DNA of 64,000 nucleotides from positions 4,481-68,480 of the forward strand of contig CALUXJ010000001.1 of assembly GCA_944324725.1 (NCBI GenBank). The letters are read 5' to 3'. The number at the start of each line of letters is the position of its first letter. Position 1 is the stretch's first letter. The notes below the pieces were generated by a model. It saw nothing but the letters and a program-made list of their open reading frames with translations, had not been told where the DNA came from and did not search any database. Shown here in pieces: positions 63,631 through 64,000 of this stretch. This DNA comes from an uncultured Acholeplasmatales bacterium (GTDB taxonomy: Bacteria > Bacillota_I > Bacilli_A > Acholeplasmatales > Anaeroplasmataceae). Made by a program: the position numbers and the translations under genes.

Positions 63631-64000
63631 ATATAAAGCTACTATAAGCTATGATGGCTATAATTATTATGGCTTTGAAAGACAGGGTAATTTACCAACG
63701 ATTGAACTAGCTTTAACAACGGCCTTTATTAATTGGTTGGGACAAGAGATTAAAGTAGTTGGTTCTGGGCGTACAGATAAATTAGTTCATGCTTATGGCC
63801 AGGTTATTCATTTTGATTTGACCCAAGCTCTGAAACCAGAAATTATTCAAAAGGCTCTAAATAGCTTTTTACCCTTAGATATTCGTATTATGGCAGTTGA
63901 AGCGGTAGATATAACTTTTCATGCGCGCTTTAGTGCTAAGAAAAAGGAATATCATTATAAAATTACAACTAAAGCCAATGATGTTTTTAGTTTAAGATAT
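63617..64000 (+). CDS. truA: tRNA pseudouridine(38-40) synthase TruA, 3' end cut by the window edge (absent from the ORF track)
   Basis: ATG at 63617. MSYYRYKATISYDGYNYYGFERQ... and the catalytic-Asp motif GSGRTDKLVHA. The frame is open to nt 64000. Conserved ecfT-truA synteny. Confidence 0.88.
   Translation, partial: MSYYRYKATISYDGYNYYGFERQGNLPTIELALTTAFINWLGQEIKVVGSGRTDKLVHAYGQVIHFDLTQALKPEIIQKALNSFLPLDIRIMAVEAVDITFHARFSAKKKEYHYKITTKANDVFSLRY

Noticed and set aside
1-64000. Scanned intergenic regions (15053-15381, 18352-18441, 36374-36517, 39283-39419, 39972-40315, 41423-41550, 43780-43980, 48928-48993, 53077-53172) for tRNA, rRNA, riboswitch, transposase, integrase and inverted-repeat ends.
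   Set aside because: I recognised no tRNA T-arm or acceptor signatures, no rRNA-like conserved blocks, and no mobile-element genes or terminal repeats. A covariance-model search (tRNAscan-SE, Infernal/Rfam) would be needed to exclude small ncRNAs.

Overview
This is a low-GC chromosomal segment, roughly one-third G+C by eye, from a Firmicutes/Mollicutes-like organism. TGA is used as a stop codon (9101-9103 and 62666-62668), so the code is table 11, not the Mycoplasma code. At least eight proteins carry clear lipoboxes, and the giant surface protease ends in a TM helix with no LPXTG motif. That pattern suggests an Acholeplasma- or Erysipelotrichia-like, possibly wall-less lineage, but this placement is low confidence.

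Gene content from left to right:
- (1) nt 1-15052: a tightly packed nine-gene + strand operon. It encodes a 5'-truncated membrane polyferredoxin fused to an external thioredoxin domain, two paralogous Ig-like lipoproteins, a 3-TM protein, a MoxR AAA+ ATPase, a DUF58 protein, two BatA_N-anchored VWA proteins and a further lipoprotein. This is a Bat-like module with non-canonical partners.
- (2) nt 15382-36373: a surface and nutrition region. It holds three lipoproteins with Listeria-Bacteroides (Flg_new) repeats, oppABCDF with unusually enlarged OppA/OppD/OppF, a coupled 69-aa TM peptide, a 2505-aa S8 subtilase with PA, Big_2 and BspA-type LRR domains and a TM anchor, and a small lipoprotein.
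- (3) Minus strand: an EF-G paralogue with an altered G3 motif, coupled to a degenerate esterase-like gene.
- (4) A PucR-type HTH protein, an orphan MsmX/MsmK-like sugar ABC ATPase, and pgk, an HPr-like gene and tpiA.
- (5) An unlisted 51-aa ORF followed by DUF2089, DUF1700/DUF4097 and a heterodimeric ABC exporter.
- (6) Housekeeping genes: tsaE-tsaB-rimI-tsaD, a convergent intramembrane-type two-component system, tkt, an AbiEi-like orphan, serS, xth, degV, an rlmI-like gene, ecfA1-ecfA2-ecfT and a 3'-truncated truA.

I could not recognise any rRNA, tRNA, CRISPR array, transposase or integrase. The most likely candidate for an undescribed system is the first operon. All family assignments come from motif recognition by eye and need profile searches to confirm.
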